Of a stretch of DNA of 50,472 bases, positions 1-12,643 are shown one piece after another; the stretch's first letter is position 1; the number at the start of each line of letters is the position of its first letter. The notes beneath the pieces were generated by a model, which saw only the letters and a program-made list of their open reading frames with translations, was not told where the DNA came from and made no database searches. Made by a program: the position numbers and the translations under genes. The stretch is taken from assembly GCA_964463325.1 (NCBI GenBank), contig CAYXBY010000003.1:1-50472 (forward strand). The letters are read 5' to 3'. The stretch comes from an uncultured Lachnospiraceae bacterium (GTDB lineage: Bacteria; Bacillota; Clostridia; Oscillospirales; CAG-272).

Positions 1-41
1 GCCCCCGGCCTGTGGCCGCCTCCCCCGACAAGAAAAATAAA

Positions 42-82
42 AATCCCCCTCTCCCCGGGGAGAGGGGGCAGGGGGTGAGGGG
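42..82. repeat. REP-like GC-rich palindrome (minus strand CCCCTCACCCCCTGCCCCCTCTCCCCGGGGAGAGGGGG)
   Basis: Hairpin CCCCCTCTCCCC/GGGGAGAGGGGG followed by GGGGGTGAGGGG, in the intergenic DNA downstream of thiT. Confidence 0.6.
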
Positions 83-206
83 GGCGTCGAAGTATGCAAT
101 ACTTCAAACCCGCCGGCGGTCGCTGCCGCACAAGAGCACCGAGGCACGCCGCGCCTCAAAAAGAGCCGCAGCCGCCACTGCCAAGCGGCGCTGAAGCAGC
201 AATGCT

Positions 207-797
207 TCACCTCGCCATCCTCCGCAGGGTGGTCGGGTCGAGCGCCATGCACAACGGCACGATCAGCACACCGGCAAGGATGGCGTTCGGCACCATGTAA
301 AGGGCATTATAGCCAAACGTGTATGCCAACACGCTCATGCCCTCGGGCGTGTAGGAGCCCCAAAGCAGTGCGCCGGACAGACTGCTGCTGAGGTACCTTA
401 TAGCATTGACCGCCACAGCGCCCACGGCGTAGCCCAAAAGACGGCGTCGGCCGCCGAGACGGGCAAATATCGGCGCCAGACCGACCGCCGAAAAGGCAAT
501 AAGATAGTCCAGCACAAAACAGGCGACAATAGCCGCCACCGTGCCGGCAGGCGGCACGTAAAAGCCGCCGGTCAGCAGCTGCGTGAACGTCCAGACCACG
601 CCCGCCAGCAGTCCGTAGCCGGTGCCGTGACGGTAGGCATAGTATATCAGCGGCACCGTGGCCACCGTGATTGAGCCGCCGGTCGGCAGATGCAAAAACG
701 GTATGACCGCCGCGATAAGATCGAGCGCGATGGCCAGCGCCACCATGGCTGCCCCCTCGGCAAGCGCCAGGATGCCTTTTTTTGATGTTGACTTCAT
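207..797 (-). CDS. thiT: Energy-coupling-factor thiamine S-component (ThiT/YuaJ family)
   Basis: Hydrophobic protein with LAEGAAMVALAIALD, GGSIT, LDYLIAF, YNALYM; ATG at 797 with GGAGG RBS; TPP riboswitch upstream. Confidence 0.88.
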   Translation of the reverse strand: MKSTSKKGILALAEGAAMVALAIALDLIAAVIPFLHLPTGGSITVATVPLIYYAYRHGTGYGLLAGVVWTFTQLLTGGFYVPPAGTVAAIVACFVLDYLIAFSAVGLAPIFARLGGRRRLLGYAVGAVAVNAIRYLSSSLSGALLWGSYTPEGMSVLAYTFGYNALYMVPNAILAGVLIVPLCMALDPTTLRRMAR

Positions 798-821
798 AAA
801 TTCCTCCTGAAAATATGTAAA

Positions 822-863
822 TATAAAGAATCGCCGCACCAGTCTCGAGCCTGATGCGGCGAT
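822..863 (-). terminator. Terminator hairpin of the TPP riboswitch expression platform
   Basis: ATCGCCGCA..TGCGGCGAT stem followed by TCTTTATAT on the minus strand, between aptamer and thiT RBS. Confidence 0.55.
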
Positions 864-913
864 AGCTTACAAATATTCGGACGCCGGCGTCAGTGCGCCC
901 GCGTCAAAAAGCT

Positions 914-1002
914 GCTCCCTTCGCCGGTATTATCCGTATCAGGTTCATAGGGTTCGGGAGAGGACTCCCATCTCAGCCGCCGTCAGGCAGCACCCCCGGG
1001 AT
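914..1002 (-). ncRNA. TPP riboswitch
   Basis: Minus strand GGGGTGCT..GGCTGAGA..ACCC.TGAACCTGATACGGATAATACCGGCGAAGGGAG matches the TPP aptamer consensus; upstream of thiT. Confidence 0.93.
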
Positions 1003-1008
1003 ATTCAA

Positions 1009-2322
1009 TTAATAGTAGTAATTCGGATTTACCATCGCAATGTCGAGCTGACCCAGCAGCGCCTCGTCGACCTCGATGCGGTCGAGATATTCGGCGCAGC
1101 GGCTGTCAAACAGCCATTGCTTGACGTCGTCGCTAAAGCTGTTGCCCTCGTTTTCAAACCACACCGATTTGTCCGAATCGTCATACGCGCCCTCGTCGAG
1201 CTCGTATTTCATGATGACGTGGTAGCCATAGTCGGACTCGACCACCCTGACCTCGCCCGTCTCCATCTGACACAGCTGCTCGATTATATCGACGATATAC
1301 TCATAGCTGTACTGAGCGTTGACAGGGAAATAGTAGCCGTCGGGGTTGGAGCGCTGGCTGTCGGAGTCGTCGCTGTATTCCTCAATGTACTTTTCAAACG
1401 TCGCGGTGTCGCCGGTCGCGGTGAACTCGGCCATGTCGTTGGCCTGCTCGGCGATCTTTTTGAGCTCGTCGTCGGTATATGACGCGGTGCGATAGTTGCC
1501 GGTGTCGGGGTCGGTGGTGTAGGCAGGGATGCCGTTCTTGGAGTCATACGCCACGGTGCCGTCGGCGTTGAAATACATGACATTCCCGTGCTCATCCTTG
1601 ATCATTTCGCCGTCCTCGCCGCGGCGGCGCTCGCCGTTTTCCTTGTCATACAGCGGCTGCTCGGTCTCGGAATCGAAATACATGACGGTGCCGTCCTCGT
1701 CGGTCAGGTAGATGTAGTAATAATTTGCGAAAAACACCTGCTTGAAGCGGACGTAATTTTCGTTGTAGTACTGCTCCTTGAGCTCATCCGAAACCTTGGA
1801 AAGATCAGAGCCGTAAAGGTGATCGCGCAGATAGCTGACCTTGGCCTCGATGATATATGAGTCGCGCAGCATGTTGTAATTGACGCCGTAATTCGACAGT
1901 ATTTTGTTAAGCTCGGACTTTGAGCCGTCGCCGTCGCCGATGACCAGCTCCTCCATTTTTTCGTCCACCTCATCGATATAGGACTGCGGCAGGGTCAGGT
2001 CATATTCCTCCTCGAACAGGTAGAGCGCGACGAGATATGTCTTGACGCAGCGGAGGATGTAGGCTGTCCAATAATCGTTGTAGGTCGTGCCGTCGGTGGA
2101 TATGGTGGTCTGCCAAAACTCGTCGTATTTGGCCTTGGAGCCGTAATAATATGTTGTGCACAGCGTGCCCTTTTGCCTTGAGAGATATAGCTCATAAAGA
2201 TTCAGCGATATGTCCTGCTCAGACAGCGTCAGCAGCTTGTCAGACGAGCAGCCGGTGAGCGACAGCCCCAGCATTACCGCGGCCAGCAGGCAGCAGAGCG
2301 TTCGCAGTATCGTTTTTTTCAT
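1009..2322 (-). CDS. PrsA/SurA-like parvulin foldase lipoprotein
   Basis: Lipobox LSLTGC, FEKYIEEYSDD and VESDYGYHVIMK parvulin-like motifs; position downstream of mfd as usual for Firmicute prsA. Confidence 0.7.
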   Translation of the reverse strand: MKKTILRTLCCLLAAVMLGLSLTGCSSDKLLTLSEQDISLNLYELYLSRQKGTLCTTYYYGSKAKYDEFWQTTISTDGTTYNDYWTAYILRCVKTYLVALYLFEEEYDLTLPQSYIDEVDEKMEELVIGDGDGSKSELNKILSNYGVNYNMLRDSYIIEAKVSYLRDHLYGSDLSKVSDELKEQYYNENYVRFKQVFFANYYYIYLTDEDGTVMYFDSETEQPLYDKENGERRRGEDGEMIKDEHGNVMYFNADGTVAYDSKNGIPAYTTDPDTGNYRTASYTDDELKKIAEQANDMAEFTATGDTATFEKYIEEYSDDSDSQRSNPDGYYFPVNAQYSYEYIVDIIEQLCQMETGEVRVVESDYGYHVIMKYELDEGAYDDSDKSVWFENEGNSFSDDVKQWLFDSRCAEYLDRIEVDEALLGQLDIAMVNPNYYY

Positions 2323-2459
2323 GTAAATATCCTTTCGTAAAGGTTGTTTTCGGGGTCTGAGACGACTGTGACTCGTCGCATTGGCGGCAGCACTGCTGCA
2401 GGGCCCCAAAAGCAAGGCTTGCCTATATTCTACACCATTTTTATAGTTTTGTCCACACC

Positions 2460-6017
<3,558 letters not shown>

Positions 6018-6042
6018 GCGCGACCTCCCTTGTGGTATACCG

Positions 6043-6678
6043 TCATGACGCACCTCCGCTGTTGCAGTGGCGCACAGCGGCATCGCGCTCGCCGCGCACC
6101 AGCAGTCCAAGCGTGTCGTAGACCACGCCGAACAGGCGGAAAAGCGTTTCGCGGTCGCACTCGGGTATCTTGCCCAGCACCCAATCGGCCAGCTCATAGT
6201 CGCGCGAGGGCGGTGCGCCGACGCCGATGCGTATGCGCGGGAAGGCGTCGCTGCCCAGCTGCTCAATTGTGCTGCGCAGACCCTTCTGGCCGCCGTCGCT
6301 GCCCGACATGCGCAGGCGCATGCGGCCGACGGGCAGATTTATGTCGTCAGAGACGACGATTATGCGCTCGGTCGGGATATTGAAATAGGCTGCGCACTCG
6401 CGGATGGCGACGCCCGAGGCGTTCATCATGGTTTGCGGCTTGAGCAGCAGGACGCTGTGCCCCTCCAGCTGTGCGCGGCCGAACAGCGCGTGAAATTTGG
6501 CGCGATCCAGCTCAACGCCACAGCGCTGCGAGACGTAGTCCAGCGCGAGAAAGCCGGCGTTATGGCGGGTAAAGACGTAGTCGCGGCCGGGGTTGCCCAG
6601 CCCGGCGATGATAAACTCGGGCGCACCCGCCGGCTCTGCCCGGGACGTCGACTTGAAAAGCTCGAAAATGTTTGACAT
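6043..6678 (-). CDS. pth: Peptidyl-tRNA hydrolase
   Basis: GLGNPG, TRHNAGF, KPQTMMNASG, GSDGGQKG, RIRIGVG. Confidence 0.95.
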   Translation of the reverse strand: MSNIFELFKSTSRAEPAGAPEFIIAGLGNPGRDYVFTRHNAGFLALDYVSQRCGVELDRAKFHALFGRAQLEGHSVLLLKPQTMMNASGVAIRECAAYFNIPTERIIVVSDDINLPVGRMRLRMSGSDGGQKGLRSTIEQLGSDAFPRIRIGVGAPPSRDYELADWVLGKIPECDRETLFRLFGVVYDTLGLLVRGERDAAVRHCNSGGAS

Positions 6679-6891
6679 AAAACCTCTAAGCCGCCGGCTG
6701 TGTGCCCGCGGCTGTTTTTTATTATTTCTACAATATTATAACCGCTTTTGGGCGGTTTGTCAACCGCCTGCGGGCATTCAGCCGGCTTAATACATTTGTT
6801 TTTTATTAAAAATGAAAAAAACTGCTGACAGGCGCGCGCTTGTGTGATATAATTAGCGTAAAGCTGAACATCCAAACTCAAGGAGGAAAGC

Positions 6892-8259
6892 ATGAAGGTC
6901 TGTTTAGCAAATGATTCATTCCCCCCGCTGATAGACGGGGTGAGCAACACTGTCGTCAACTATGGCAGGGTGATCCAGGAGAAATACGGCTCGGCCGTCG
7001 TGGCCACGCCGCGCTACCCCGACGTCACCGACGACTATCCCTTTGAGGTGGTGCGTTACACCAGCCTCAACACCGTCAAGCTGGTCGGCTATCGCACCGG
7101 CTACCCCTTCTCGCATGATGCCATGGAGCGCCTTTCCGCCTTCGGACCTGATATAATTCACGCGCACTGCCCGCTGGCATCGCTGTTTCTCTGCCGCGAG
7201 CTGCGCGACATCACGCACGTGCCCATCGTGCTGACATATCACACAAAATTCGACATGGACATCAAGCGCTCCATCAAGCTGAGCCTGGTGCACGAGCCGG
7301 CCATACATGAAATGATACACAACATCGAGGCAGCAGACGAGGTGTGGGTGGTCAACCGCGGCGCGGGTGAAAACCTCAAAAGCCTTGGCTACTCAGGCGA
7401 TTACATCGTCATGCCCAACGGCGTCGACATCGACCGCACCCCGGCGGATGCCGCTCTTGTCGCCTCAATCGAGCGCGATTGTGGCCTGACGGACGGTGTG
7501 CCGGTGCTGCTTTTTGTGGGGCGCGTAATGTGGTACAAGGGGCTGCGCATAATTCTTGACGGGCTGCGGCAGGTCAAGGACGCCGGGCAGGCGTTTCGTA
7601 TGATATTTGTGGGCAGTGGCGACAACCTCGAGGAGGTCAGGGACTACGCTGCCGAGCTGGGGCTGGGGGACGACTGCGTTTTCCCGGGGCCGGTCTACGA
7701 CCGTGCGCTGCTCAAGGCTTATTACAGCCGCGCGGACATGTTCCTGCTGCCCAGCGTATTTGACAACAACCCGCTGGTGGTCAAGGAAGCGGCCGCCTGC
7801 GGCACGGCCAGCCTGCTGATACGTGATTCCAGCTCCGCCGAGGGCGTGGAGCACGGCGACAACGGCGTGCTGATCGGCGAGAGCGCCGATGAGCTGGCGC
7901 GTGAGCTGATAGCGCTGCTCGGGCACCCCGACGCCATGCGCCGCATGGGCGAGCGTGCGGCCGAAACGCTGTATGTTTCGTGGGAGGACAGCATCGCCCG
8001 CGCCGTCAAGCAGTACGACGAGGTGCTGCTGCGGTGCAGCCGAGAGGGCTATGCGCCCTCGCGTGCCCGCTACGACACGCCCATCAAAATGATTGGTGAG
8101 CTGTACCAGGGCATTATCAAGGCCAAGCTCATGGGCGCCGACCTCAAAAACGAATTTGAGAGCGAGCTGCGCGACGTTCGCGACGGCTATGACAGCGCCG
8201 TCACCTGGCTGCGTGGCAAATACGACCAGCTGAAGGATTATTTTGATAGATATCAGTAA
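6892..8259 (+). CDS. GT4 glycosyltransferase (glycolipid synthase-like)
   Basis: NDSFPPLIDGV, DIIHAH, TYHTKF, LFVGR, DNNPLVVKEAAACG; AGGAGG RBS. Confidence 0.85.
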   Translation: MKVCLANDSFPPLIDGVSNTVVNYGRVIQEKYGSAVVATPRYPDVTDDYPFEVVRYTSLNTVKLVGYRTGYPFSHDAMERLSAFGPDIIHAHCPLASLFLCRELRDITHVPIVLTYHTKFDMDIKRSIKLSLVHEPAIHEMIHNIEAADEVWVVNRGAGENLKSLGYSGDYIVMPNGVDIDRTPADAALVASIERDCGLTDGVPVLLFVGRVMWYKGLRIILDGLRQVKDAGQAFRMIFVGSGDNLEEVRDYAAELGLGDDCVFPGPVYDRALLKAYYSRADMFLLPSVFDNNPLVVKEAAACGTASLLIRDSSSAEGVEHGDNGVLIGESADELARELIALLGHPDAMRRMGERAAETLYVSWEDSIARAVKQYDEVLLRCSREGYAPSRARYDTPIKMIGELYQGIIKAKLMGADLKNEFESELRDVRDGYDSAVTWLRGKYDQLKDYFDRYQ

Positions 8260-8497
8260 TATCCGGGGCGCTGCCCCGGAACCCCGGCAGGGGACTTTTG
8301 AAAAAGTCACCCTGCGCCCCCAAAACTTTCAAACAGCTTCGCGAGGAAATCGAAAAAATACCGGTTAAGGTGACGAACGCTTTAGGCGCTCTCAACCCTA
8401 ACCGGATTTTTTCTTTTTGTATTTGTTTGAAAGCTTTGCGGGGGCCGGTGGGCTTTTTCAAAAGCCCACCAGCGTTTGCAGGGCGGAGCCCCGGATA
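8260..8497. repeat. MITE-like dispersed palindromic repeat, copy 1
   Basis: Terminal inverted repeat TATCCGGGGC...GCCCCGGATA; body aligns with copies near 22.9, 47.9 and 49.4 kb; lies between convergent genes. Confidence 0.85.
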
Positions 8498-8502
8498 TAA
8501 TA

Positions 8503-9996
8503 TCAATTAACGCTTGGGAGCTCTTCGGGCGGGCGTTGCTCGCCGCCCTTAAAAATCAGGCCGCAGATGGAGCACTCGCTGGCGATCAGGACGCCGTCAT
8601 CCGAATAGGTGGGGATCAGATCGTGCTGGCAGAGCTGGCCGCAGACTCGGCACTGACCGTCGTAATTTGACCAGTCATGTCCCATTGCCGGAAGGATCTC
8701 AGCTTCAACCAGCGTTTTACCGCAGACATTGCAGCAAAACTCGTCGGTGCGGCCATCGTTTGTACAGTCGGGATCACGTCCGGGGATGCGCTGCGCCATT
8801 TCAACGTCGCAGGCGTGCTCCATATCGCAGTTGGCGCAGATGCCGTTGTTGCTGCTCCAGTCGTGACCGAGAGCCAAGACCGTCTGCTGTGCCTCCAGCA
8901 CCTTGCCACAGCTTGAGCAGTGGCTGCCGGCACTCAGGCCGCTGTCGGTGCAGTCGGCTTCAACGGCCGGATCCGCCACCGGCGTGTGACCGGTAGCCGG
9001 AATGTCGGAGGTGCCGCCGTCCGCGCCGCAATGCTTGCAGCTCAGGCGCGATACGCCCCCCTCCTCGCAGGTGGGCTGCTTTTCGACGCTGCTCGCTTCG
9101 TAGTGATGATGACCGTCCGGCGAGACGGCACATTCGACAGGCTCGGCTGTCGTCGTCACCACAGGTGTGGTCTCCTCGGGCGTCGTCACCGCAGGCGTGG
9201 TCACCTCGGGGGTGGTCGATGCCGAGGACGTGTCACTGCGCTTTTGCTCTATCAGCACGGCCAGCTCGTCACGCTCGATCGACAGCGTGACGCCACTGTC
9301 GATCACCTCTGCGAGAAAGCTCAGCGTTTCAACGGACAGCTCGCTGTATGGCACCTCGCCTTCGGTTTCGGTATATTCCACCTTCTCGCTGTCGCTTGTA
9401 ACCTCGACGCTTATCCCGCCGCGCGCCATCAGCTGCTCGAGCTGCTCAGAGCCGCCGGGCACTATCAGCCGACAGGCTACTGTGCCCTCAAAAACATAAA
9501 GGCTGGTATGCGTTTTGCCGTCCTGATCGACAGTCACCTGAATGCGGAAGTTGGTGCCGCGCACTGCCATGGTCGAGTTGGGCGAATTGACCTCGTACAG
9601 CGAATCGCCGCCTATCTCGCCGTCCAAACGGTTGACCATTGCACCGCGCTCAAGGCTGATCTGCGTTTTGCTGGTCTGGCTGTCGCCCTCGGCGCTCAGA
9701 AGAATACGGCTTCCCGGCTCGAGCAGGGCGTATTTGTCGTCGTCCAGCTTGAGATAGAGGCAGCAGTCGTCGGCAGTCTCGAGGCTGTCGCCGGAGCGCA
9801 GCAGCATGCCAACATAGGCCTCAAGCGGTCCGACGCCCGGCCGCTCGACGGTGGCCCGGCCGGTCAGCTCATAGACGCGTATGCTGCGGTATTGCTCCTC
9901 GCCACCACCTGCCAGCAGCGCCACGCTCACGGCCGCTATGCCGATAACGCAGACTGCGATAATCGCTACTATAATGATGATTTTTTTGTTTTTCAC
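8503..9996 (-). CDS. Membrane-anchored FecR-domain protein with TTP linker and His/Cys (CxxCG) repeats
   Basis: N-terminal TM; FecR motifs GMLLRSGDSLET and YEVNSPNSTMAVRGTNF; TTPEV/TTPAV repeats; GH..C..G....C..CG repeats; GTG start with GAGGAGG. Confidence 0.8.
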   Translation of the reverse strand: MKNKKIIIIVAIIAVCVIGIAAVSVALLAGGGEEQYRSIRVYELTGRATVERPGVGPLEAYVGMLLRSGDSLETADDCCLYLKLDDDKYALLEPGSRILLSAEGDSQTSKTQISLERGAMVNRLDGEIGGDSLYEVNSPNSTMAVRGTNFRIQVTVDQDGKTHTSLYVFEGTVACRLIVPGGSEQLEQLMARGGISVEVTSDSEKVEYTETEGEVPYSELSVETLSFLAEVIDSGVTLSIERDELAVLIEQKRSDTSSASTTPEVTTPAVTTPEETTPVVTTTAEPVECAVSPDGHHHYEASSVEKQPTCEEGGVSRLSCKHCGADGGTSDIPATGHTPVADPAVEADCTDSGLSAGSHCSSCGKVLEAQQTVLALGHDWSSNNGICANCDMEHACDVEMAQRIPGRDPDCTNDGRTDEFCCNVCGKTLVEAEILPAMGHDWSNYDGQCRVCGQLCQHDLIPTYSDDGVLIASECSICGLIFKGGEQRPPEELPSVN

Positions 9997-9999
9997 GTT

Positions 10000-10812
10000 T
10001 TACGCCTCCTCATTTCCGCCGATGTTAAGCGGATAATATCCATGCCCTGCGATGTATTCCAACGACTGCCGCGCCGCTTCAAGGCCGCGAACCTCAAGCA
10101 GCACCGAGCAGTCGGCGCCCGCGGCTCGCATCAGACGGTCAAAGGTCGACCAGTCTATGCGCCCCTCGCCGAGCGGCAGGTGAAGATCTTCTGCGAGATC
10201 GTTGTCGTTGATGTGCATGTGTCGCGTGCGGGGCAGCAGACTGCTCACCCAGCGCTCGGTGTCGCAGTGGCGCCCAAACGAGGCTGCGTGCGCGTAATCA
10301 AAGCAGACACCAAAGCGGGGACAATCCAGCATGCGCTCGGCGAGTGCTTGCAGCTGCTCGGGCGAATCGTCAAACATGTTCTCAATAAGCACCTCGAGCG
10401 CGGTGTATTCATCCAGCACCTCGCGCCAGAACAGCTCGTTGGTGTCGACCCAGTGGTCGAGATAGCTCTGCTGTCTGAAGCCGGGTATCAGATTGGTGTG
10501 AAAGACCACCCCGCGTATGCCCAGCTCAGCGGCAACGTCCATCGACTGCTTTACTCGCCTGCGGGATACGTGGCGTATTAATGCGTCCTCGCTGTGCACT
10601 GTGACGTCGAGAAAGGCGCCGTGCAGCGTATCGCGACTGCGGTCGCGGCCGGTGGCGCGGTAGAGCTCGATCAGCTTCTCAACAAGCTCGGGATCATCCA
10701 GCACGCCGGGGGCAAAAAAGTCGTTGTATTCAAAATGCGCGCCGTATTGCTCGGCCAGGCTGATCGACTCAGCCATGCGCCGTCGGTCGGGAATTATATA
10801 AAGCTCCTTCAT
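10000..10812 (-). CDS. AP-endonuclease-2/xylose-isomerase-like TIM barrel metalloenzyme (putative phosphodiesterase)
   Basis: TLHG, VFHT, IENMFD, CFDYAHA, HMHINDN, DLHLPLGEG, LLEV metal-ligand pattern. Confidence 0.75.
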   Translation of the reverse strand: MKELYIIPDRRRMAESISLAEQYGAHFEYNDFFAPGVLDDPELVEKLIELYRATGRDRSRDTLHGAFLDVTVHSEDALIRHVSRRRVKQSMDVAAELGIRGVVFHTNLIPGFRQQSYLDHWVDTNELFWREVLDEYTALEVLIENMFDDSPEQLQALAERMLDCPRFGVCFDYAHAASFGRHCDTERWVSSLLPRTRHMHINDNDLAEDLHLPLGEGRIDWSTFDRLMRAAGADCSVLLEVRGLEAARQSLEYIAGHGYYPLNIGGNEEA

Positions 10813-12632
10813 GCTTCACCTCCCGGTGCATTTGGCAGTATTTTGTCCAGCTGATAGACCGCCACGCCGCGGCTTTTGCCCTTGAGCGGTATTTCGCCGA
10901 GTGGTGTCGCCTCAATGCGACCGCGCAGCGCCTCGTACACCGCCTCGCTTATGAGTATCTGCCCGGGACGTGCATTGCTCTCAAGCCGGGCGGCGGTATT
11001 GACGGTGTCGCCAATGGCGGTATAGTCCATGCGGTGCTCGCAGCCGATATTGCCGACGACGGCGTTGCCGCAGTTGACGCCGATGCCAAAGCTGACGCTG
11101 CGTCCAAATCGCGCCATCAGCTCACGCTCGAGCCGCTCGCTGCCCGCAGCAATGTCGCGGGCGGTGCAGACCGCGCGATAGATGTAGTCGTCAAGCTCAA
11201 ATGGCGCGTTGAAGACGGCCATGGTGGCGTCGCCGATGAATTTGTCCAGCGTGCCGCTATTGGCAAATATGGCGCCGGTGGTGAGGCTGAGGTATTCGTT
11301 CAGTATGCCGACGACCTGCTCGGGCGACAGCGCCTCCGACATGGGGGTGAAGCCGCGTATGTCCACAAAAAGCACGGCGATATGGCGGTTTTCGCCGCCG
11401 AGGACAATGTTGAAATCTCCCTTTTTGGCGATCTCCTCAACTACCTGCGGCGCCACATATTTTTTAAAGGCCGATACCACCCTGCGGCGTGCCAGTACCT
11501 CGTCAAAATACCACAGCACCAACTGCCCGATGTATATCAGCACCACCAGCAGCGGCAGCTCGATAAGACTTATCACCACACCGCCGCGGAACAGCAGCGT
11601 GGCCGCCACCAGGTCAGCGACTATCAGCGCCACGGCGACGAGCGCCGTCGGCAGCATTTTTTTGCGCCCGCAGATGAGGTAAAAGCCGGCCACAAACAGC
11701 GCTACTGTCAGCGAATACAGCACTCGGCTGCCGGGGACGGCGGTCCGCCCGGACATTATGGCGCTCAGTATGTTGGCCTGTATCTCAACGCCGTACATCT
11801 GCACGCCCTTTTGTACCGGCACGCTGTAGGCGTCCTGCATGCCGGCGGCATAGGCGCCAACCATGACTATGCTGCCGCCAAAGGCGCGTATGTCGACGCG
11901 CCCGTCCAGCACGTCGCACATCGAAACGGTCTCAAAGGCGCCGCTCCGGCCGGTATAGGGGATGGCGAAGATGCCGTCCTCGGTCATGCGCGGCAGACTC
12001 GGCTCAAGCCCCTGCCGGGCGCAGTATTTGCGGTAGATCGCAAGCGGGAAGGAGGGCAGCCGCTCGCCGTCGGCATCAAGCTCGGTCATGGCGTAGCGAA
12101 TATAGCCGTCGGTGTCCTGAAGAGTGTTGGCGAAGCCCCAGGACGACACCTCGCGCAGCGCGGCGTAAGGGTATTCGACCAGGCTGACGCTGTTGCGCTC
12201 GATCGACAGTTCGCCGTCCGCACCGCGCGTCAGCTTGTCACTGTAAACGGCGTTGATAGCCGTCACAACATTGCCGCCCTCGGCGCAGACGCGTGCTAGG
12301 TAGGCGTCGGAGTCGGTCTCGAGCTCGCTGACAAGCATGATATCCAGCGCTATGACGGCCGGGTCGACGTCGCCGCTGTTAAGCTGCTCGATCAGTCGTG
12401 CCCAAATGTCGCGCTTCCAGGTCTTGATGTCGCCACAGGCCTGTAGCGTGCGCTCGTCAATGGCGATGATCTTGATGCTGCCGTCGGGCACTGTCGGACG
12501 CTGGTAGAGCGCGTCGGACAGCAGCCGATCGAGAGGGTGCAGCAGCTGAGTCAGGCACAGCAGCAGCGCCGCCAGTGTCAGTGCCACACCGACGAGCAGA
12601 TAGTACAGTCGCTTTTTTTGAGCCCTTGTCAT
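10809..12632 (-). CDS. CHASE2-domain class III adenylate cyclase
   Basis: CHASE2 (IIAIDERT, DGYIR, GVEIQANIL), 3 TMs, cyclase core VLFVDIRGFT, LDKFIGD, YTAIGDTVNTAARLE. Confidence 0.92.
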   Translation of the reverse strand: MTRAQKKRLYYLLVGVALTLAALLLCLTQLLHPLDRLLSDALYQRPTVPDGSIKIIAIDERTLQACGDIKTWKRDIWARLIEQLNSGDVDPAVIALDIMLVSELETDSDAYLARVCAEGGNVVTAINAVYSDKLTRGADGELSIERNSVSLVEYPYAALREVSSWGFANTLQDTDGYIRYAMTELDADGERLPSFPLAIYRKYCARQGLEPSLPRMTEDGIFAIPYTGRSGAFETVSMCDVLDGRVDIRAFGGSIVMVGAYAAGMQDAYSVPVQKGVQMYGVEIQANILSAIMSGRTAVPGSRVLYSLTVALFVAGFYLICGRKKMLPTALVAVALIVADLVAATLLFRGGVVISLIELPLLVVLIYIGQLVLWYFDEVLARRRVVSAFKKYVAPQVVEEIAKKGDFNIVLGGENRHIAVLFVDIRGFTPMSEALSPEQVVGILNEYLSLTTGAIFANSGTLDKFIGDATMAVFNAPFELDDYIYRAVCTARDIAAGSERLERELMARFGRSVSFGIGVNCGNAVVGNIGCEHRMDYTAIGDTVNTAARLESNARPGQILISEAVYEALRGRIEATPLGEIPLKGKSRGVAVYQLDKILPNAPGGEA

Positions 12633-12643
12633 GGTGTGTCTCC

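Noticed and set aside
6018-6266. N-terminal extension of Mfd (also track extensions of RhaD, AraC, permease, DUF4091)
   Set aside because: Overlap other genes or repeats; downstream starts have proper RBS
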